NCBI GenBank assembly: GCA_964016885.1
Contig: OZ024749.1
Span: forward strand, 8,928,001-8,992,000
Reading direction: 5' to 3'
Source of the DNA: Eledone cirrhosa
Taxonomy: Eukaryota
DNA length: 64,000 nt
Part shown: positions 56,979 to 64,000 of the stretch, piece by piece
Numbering within the stretch: the stretch's first letter is position 1
Layout of the letters: each line of letters begins with the position of its first letter
Made by a program: the position numbers and the translations under genes
Notes under the pieces: generated by a model
What the model was told of the DNA's origin: nothing
Databases searched by the model: none
Seen by the model: only the letters and a program-made list of their open reading frames with translations

Positions 56979-57357
56979 TATGAGTTATTAACTCTGCCTT
57001 TTATTTGTTTATATATATATATATATATACATATATATATTAAAATAACAGATTAAAGTTTAAGCAAAGAATCGCTGCTTTCACCCTTAACGGGATCTTC
57101 TGAAACTATATATATATATATATACGATATTAATAAATGGAAACTATATTTATAAAACCATATTTATTTCATTATACATATTTCAAGGATACCAAGTTAA
57201 ATTATGGTATGCCTTCATCAGACAAAATACAATATATATCAGTTTTACAAATAAGCATTGACGTACCCTTTCAAAATGCGACCATTACTTTTGGAGGACA
57301 TCAGGATAGTGGTTTGTTTATATTATTTTAGTAAGTCTTAGTGTTAAGGACAATTAT

Positions 57358-57487
57358 GGAGAGAGAGAGAAAAGCGTGGAGAAAAAACGGAGAGAGAGAG
57401 AAAAGCGTGGAGAAAAAACGGAGAGAGAGAGAAAAGCGTGGAGAAAAAGCGGAGAGAGAGAGAAAAGCGTGGAGAAAAAGGGAGAGA
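57358..57487. repeat. 31-bp tandem repeat, ~4 copies
   Basis: ggagagagagagaaaagcgtggagaaaaaac. Confidence 0.9.
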
Positions 57488-57661
57488 TAAATAAAGAAAA
57501 ATATATATATATATATATATTTATTAAAATAACAGATTAAAGTTTAAGCAAAGAATCGCTGCTTTCACCCTTAACGGGATCTTCTGAAACTAACAAAGTC
57601 AATCTGTAAACGCAGAACTGGATATTTCAAAAAACGTTGCAACCGGGGGAAGACAGGAAGA

Positions 57662-58176
<515 letters not shown>

Positions 58177-58589
58177 TTTTTGATCTTGCATTATATATTA
58201 TGCAAGATCAAAAATGAATAACATACATGGATGATAACAATTAAAAAATGTCTTGCGAGGTTATTTGTTGAATGAAAAGGATAATCTAGTGGACGTATCG
58301 GAAGAGAGTCCTTCATCAGGAAAAAAACAAGAGTGAAGTTATGAGGGTGAAAAAAGAAGGAAGTAAAGAGAAATGGGGCTGATCAGTGGAGGTGAATTGG
58401 ACAGAAGTGTAAAAGGGGGCTTCAGGTATAAGGGGTTGTATGAGTTGGTAGAGCGTCCGACTCTATCAGAGGTGCTGACATGTGTGTGCGGTTGAGGTGG
58501 ATTGTTACTCTATTACAGATGTGTGTGTATCTCTCTTTATATATGTGTGTGTGTGTATAATTAGTTGGTAATAGGTGTGATGTGCATGT

Positions 58590-61500
58590 GTGTATGTATG
58601 TGTGTATTTGTGTGTATGTACACATGTGTATTTGTGTGTATGTACATATGAGTATTTATGTGTATGTACACATGTGTATTTGTGTGTATGTACATGTGTG
58701 TATTTGTGTGTATGTACATGTGTGTATTTGTGTGTATGTACACATGTGTATTTGTGTGTATGTACATATGAGTATTTATGTGTATGTACACATGTGTATT
58801 TCTGTGTATGTACATGTGTGTATTTGTGTGTATGTACATGTGTGTATTTGTGTGTATGTACACATGTGTATTTGTGTGTATGTACATGTGTGTATTTGTG
58901 TGTATGTACACATGTATATTTGTGTGTATGTACATATGTGTATTTGTGTGTATGTACATGTGTGTATGTACATGTGTGTATTTGTGTGTATGTACATGTG
59001 TGTATGGACATATTTGTATGTACATATGTGTATGTGTCTGTGTGTACATATGTGTATTTGTGTGTATGTACATGTGTGTATTTGTGTGTATGTACATATG
59101 TGTATGTGTCTGTGTGTACATATGTGTATTTATGTGTATGTACATGTGTGTATTTGTGTGTATCTACATGTGTGTATGTGTGTGTATGTACATGTGTGTA
59201 TTTGTGTGTATGTACATGTGTGTATGTGTGTGTATGTACATGTGTGTATTTGTGTGTATGTACATGTGTGTATTTGTGTGTGTGTACACATGTGTATGTG
59301 TCTGTGTGTACATATGTGTATTTATGTGTATGTACATGTGTGTATGTGTGTGTATGTACATGTGTGTATTTGTGTGTGTGTACATATGTGTATTTGTGTG
59401 TATGTACATATGTGTATTTGTGTGTATGTACACATGTGTATTTGTGTGTATGTACATGTGTGTATTTGTGTGTGTGTACATATGTGTATTGTGTGTATGT
59501 ACACATGTGTATTTGTGTGTGTGTACACGTGTGTATTTGTGTGTATGTACATGTGTGTATTTGTGTGTATGTACATGTGTGTATTTGTGTGTATGTACAT
59601 GTGTGTATTTGTGTGTATGTACATATGTGTATTTGTGTGTATGTACTTATGTGTATTTGTGTGTGTGTACATGTGTGTATTTGTGTGTATGTACATATGT
59701 GTACATGTGTGTATGTACACATGTGTATTTGTGTGTATGTACATGTGTGTATTTGTGTGTATGTACATGTGTGTATTTGTGTGTGTGTACATATGTGTAT
59801 TTGTGTGTATGTACATATGTGTATTTGTGTGTATGTACTTATGTGTATGTGTGTGTATGTACTTATGTGTATTTGTGTGTATGTACTTATGTGTATTTGT
59901 GTGTATGTACATGTGTGTATTTGTGTGTATGTACATGTGTGTATTTGTGTGTATGTACATGTGTGTATTTGTGTGTGTGTACATATGTGTATTTGTGTGT
60001 ATGTACATATGTGTATTTGTGTGTGTATGTACTTATGTGTATTTGTGTGTATGTACATATGTGCATTTGTGTGTATGTACATGTGTGTATTTGTGTGTAT
60101 GTACATATGTGTATTTGTGTGTGTGTACATATGTGTATTTGTGTGTTTGTACATATGTGTATTTGTGTGTATGTACATGTGTGTATTTGTGTGTGTGTAC
60201 ATATGTGTATTTGTGTGTATGTACATATGTGTATTTGTGTGTATGTACATATGTGTATTTGTGTGTATGTACATGTGTGTATTTGTGTGTGTGTACATAT
60301 GTGTATTTGTGTGTATGTACATATGTGTATTTGTGTGTGTGTACATGTGTGTATTTGTGTGTGTGTACACGTGTGTATTTGTGTGTATGTACTTATGTGT
60401 ATTTGTGTGTATGTACATGTGTGTATTTGTGTGTATGTACATATGTGTATTTGTGTGTATGTACCATGAGTGTATTTGTGTGTGTGTACACGTGTGTATT
60501 TGTGTGTATGTACTTATGTGTATTTGTGTGTGTGTACATATGTGTATTTGTGTGTATGTACATGTGTGTATGTACATGTGTGTATGTACATGTGTATTTG
60601 TGTGTTTGTACAGATGTGTATTTGTGTGTATGTACATGTGTGTATGTACATGTGTGTATTTGTGTGTGTGTACACGTGTGTATTTGTGTGTATGTACATG
60701 TGTGTATTTGTGTGTGTGTACATATGTGTATTTGTGTGTATGTACATGCGTGTATTTGTGTGTATGTACATGTGTGTATTTGTGTGTATGTACATATGTG
60801 TACATGTGTGTATGTACACATGTGTATGTGTGTGTATTTGTGTGTATGTACATGTGTGTATTTGTGTGTGTGTACTTATGTGTATTTGTGTGTGTGTACA
60901 TGTGTGTATTTGTGTGTGTGTACACGTGTGTATTTGTGTGTATGTACATGTGTGTATTTGTGTGTATGTACATGTGTGTATTTGTGTGTATGTACATGTG
61001 TGTGTGTACATGTGTGTATTTGTGTGTATGTACATGTGTGTATTTGTGTGTATGTACATGTGTGTATTTGTGTGTATGTACATGTGTGTGTGTACATGTG
61101 TGTATTTGTGTGTATGTACATGTGTGTATTTGTGTGTATGTACATGTGTGTATTTGTGTGTGTGTACATATGTGTATTTGTGTGTATGTACATATGTGTA
61201 TTTGTGTGTGTGTACATATGTGTATTTGTGTGTATGTACATATGTGTATTTGTGTGTATGTACATGTGTGTATTTATGTGTATGTACACATGTGTATTTG
61301 TGTGTATGTACATGTGTGTATATGTGTGTATGTACATATGTGTATTTGTGTGTGTGTACATATGTGTATTTGTGTGTGTGTACTTATGTGTATTTGTGTG
61401 TATGTACATGTGTGTATTTGTGTGTGTACATATGTGTATTTGTGTGTATGTACATGTGTGTATTTGTGTGTGTACACGTGTGTATTTGTGTGTATGTACA

Positions 61501-64000
61501 TGTGTGTATGTACATGTGTGTATGTACATGTGTGTATTTGTGTGTGTGTACATATGTGTATTTGTGTGTATGTACATGTGTGTATTTGTGTGTGTGTACA
61601 CGTGTGTATTTGTGTGTATGTACATGTGTGTATTTGTGTGTATGTACACATGTGTATTTGTGTGTATATACATGTGTGTATTTGTGTGTGTGTACATATG
61701 TGTATTTGTGTCTATGTACCTATGTGTATTTGTGTGTATGTACACATGTGTATTTGTGTGTATGTACATGTGTGTATTTGTGTGTGTGTACTTATGTGTA
61801 TTTGTGTGTATGTACATGTGTGTACATGTGTGTATTTGTGTGTATGTACATATGTGTACATGTGTGTATTTGTGTGTATGTACATATGTGTATTTGTGTG
61901 TATGTACATGTGTGTATGTACATGTGTGTATGTACATGTGTGTATTTGTGTGTATGTACATGTGTGTATTTGTGTGTATGTACATATGTGTATTTGTGTG
62001 TGTGTACTTATGTGTATTTGTGTGTATGTACATGTGTGTATTTGTGTGTGTGTACATATGTGTATTTGTGTGTATGTACATGTGTGTATTTGTGTGTGTG
62101 TACACGTGTGTATTTGTGTGTATGTACATGTGTGTATGTACATGTGTGTATGTACATGTGTGTATTTGTGCGTGTGTACATATGTGTATTTGTGTGTATG
62201 TACATGTGTGTATTTGTGTGTGTGTACACGTGTGTATTTGTGTGTATGTACATGTGTGTATTTGTGTGTATGTACACATGTGTATTTGTGTGTATGTACA
62301 TGTGTGTATTTGTGTGTGTGTACATATGTGTATTTGTGTCTATGTACCTATGTGTATTTGTGTGTATGTACACATGTGTATTTGTGTGTATGTACATGTG
62401 TGTATTTGTGTGTGTGTACTTATGTGTATTTGTGTGTATGTACATGTGTGTACATGTGTGTATTTGTGTGTATGTACATATGTGTACATGTGTGTATTTG
62501 TGTGTATGTACATATGTGTATTTGTGTGTATGTACATGTGTGTATGTACATGTGTGTATGTACATGTGTGTATTTGTGTGTATGTACATGTGTGTATTTG
62601 TGTGTGTGTACATATGTGTATTTGTGTGTATGTACATGTGTGTATTTGTGTGTATGTACATGTGTGTATTTGTGTGTATGTACATATGTGTACATGTGTG
62701 TATGTACACATGTGTATGTGTGTGTATTTGTGTGTATGTACATGTGTGTATTTGTGTGTGTGTACTTATGTGTATTTGTGTGTGTGTACATGTGTGTATT
62801 TGTGTGTGTGTACACGTGTGTATTTGTGTGTATGTACATGTGTGTATTTGTGTGTATGTACATGTGTGTATTTGTGTGTATGTACATGTGTGTATTTGTG
62901 TGTATGTACATGTGTGTATTTGTGTGTATGTACATGTGTGTGTGTACATGTGTGTATTTGTGTGTATGTACATGTGTGTATTTGTGTGTATGTACATGTG
63001 TGTATTTGTGTGTATGTACATGTGTGTGTGTACATGTGTGTATTTGTGTGTATGTACATGTGTGTATTTGTGTGTATGTACATGTGTGTATTTGTGTGTG
63101 TGTACATATGTGTATTTGTGTGTATGTACATATGTGTATTTGTGTGTGTGTACATATGTGTATTTGTGTGTATGTACATATGTGTATTTGTGTGTATGTA
63201 CATGTGTGTATTTATGTGTATGTACACATGTGTATTTGTGTGTATGTACATGTGTGTATATGTGTGTATGTACATATGTGTATTTGTGTGTGTGTACATA
63301 TGTGTATTTGTGTGTGTGTACTTATGTGTATTTGTGTGTATGTACATGTGTGTATTTGTGTGTGTGTACATATGTGTATTTGTGTGTATGTACATGTGTG
63401 TATTTGTGTGTGTGTACACGTGTGTATTTGTGTGTATGTACATGTGTGTATTTGTGTGTATGTACACATGTGTCTTTGTGTGTATGTACATGTGTGTATT
63501 TGTGTGTGTGTACACGTGTGTATTTGTGTGTATGTACATGTGTGTATTTGTGTGTATGTACACATGTGTATTTGTGTGTATGTACATGTGTGTATTTGTG
63601 TGTGTGTACTTATGTGTATTTGTGTGTATGTACATGTGTGTACATGTGTGTATTTGTGTGTATGTACATATGTGTACATGTGTGTATTTGTGTGTATGTA
63701 CATATGTGTATTTGTGTGTATGTACATGTGTGTATGTACATGTGTGTATGTACATGTGTGTATGTACATGTGTGTATTTGTGTGTATGTACATGTGTGTA
63801 TTTGTGTGTGTGTACATATGTGTATTTGTGTGTATGTACATGTGTGTATTTGTGTGTATGTACATGTGTGTATTTGTGTGTATGTACATATGTGTACATG
63901 TGTGTATGTACACATGTGTATGTGTGTGTATTTGTGTGTATGTACATGTGTGTATTTGTGTGTGTGTACTTATGTGTATTTGTGTGTGTGTACATGTGTG
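58590..64000. repeat. 24-bp microsatellite-derived minisatellite (tgtgtatttgtgtgtatgtacatg), >5.4 kb, runs off the window
   Basis: Direct reading; 8-aa periodic ORFs (MYIHTNTH). Confidence 0.96.

Noticed and set aside
58292-58322. HHR-like ctgatgaaggactctcttccgatacgtc (minus strand)
   Set aside because: GAAA is mutated to GATA; probably a decayed PLE pLTR.
58505-63995. His/Thr-rich ORFs up to 830 aa
   Set aside because: Translation of a 24-bp satellite; multiple overlapping frames.

Overview
Eukaryotic, AT-rich, almost wholly repetitive DNA. The SINE and LINE families present suggest a cephalopod, probably Octopus (inference). No host protein-coding gene can be supported; most of the supplied ORFs are microsatellite or minisatellite artefacts. 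The real coding content is retroelement-derived: (1) a nearly full-length, uninterrupted Penelope-like element (PLE) of Naiad type (RT + GIY-YIG, 34135-36489) framed by inverted hammerhead-bearing terminal repeats; (2) a frameshifted GC-rich PLE (21077-23804, minus strand); (3) a decayed RTE LINE with a PHD-like insert; (4) two R4/Dong-type RLE LINE copies; (5) an RTE 3' end with three C2H2 fingers, plus three copies of a ~600-bp non-autonomous element sharing its tail. tRNA-derived SINEs and several large minisatellites make up much of the rest. The most striking signal is about 30 type-I hammerhead ribozyme (HHR) motifs from roughly a dozen families, found by eye and nearly all embedded in (TA)n. 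They include palindromic HHR pairs, core variants (U3-A8, U4A, U4C), HHRs with very long stem II, and a ~300-bp non-coding element that pairs an octamer ATGCAAAT with an HHR. All folds were deduced by eye, and most boundaries are approximate.
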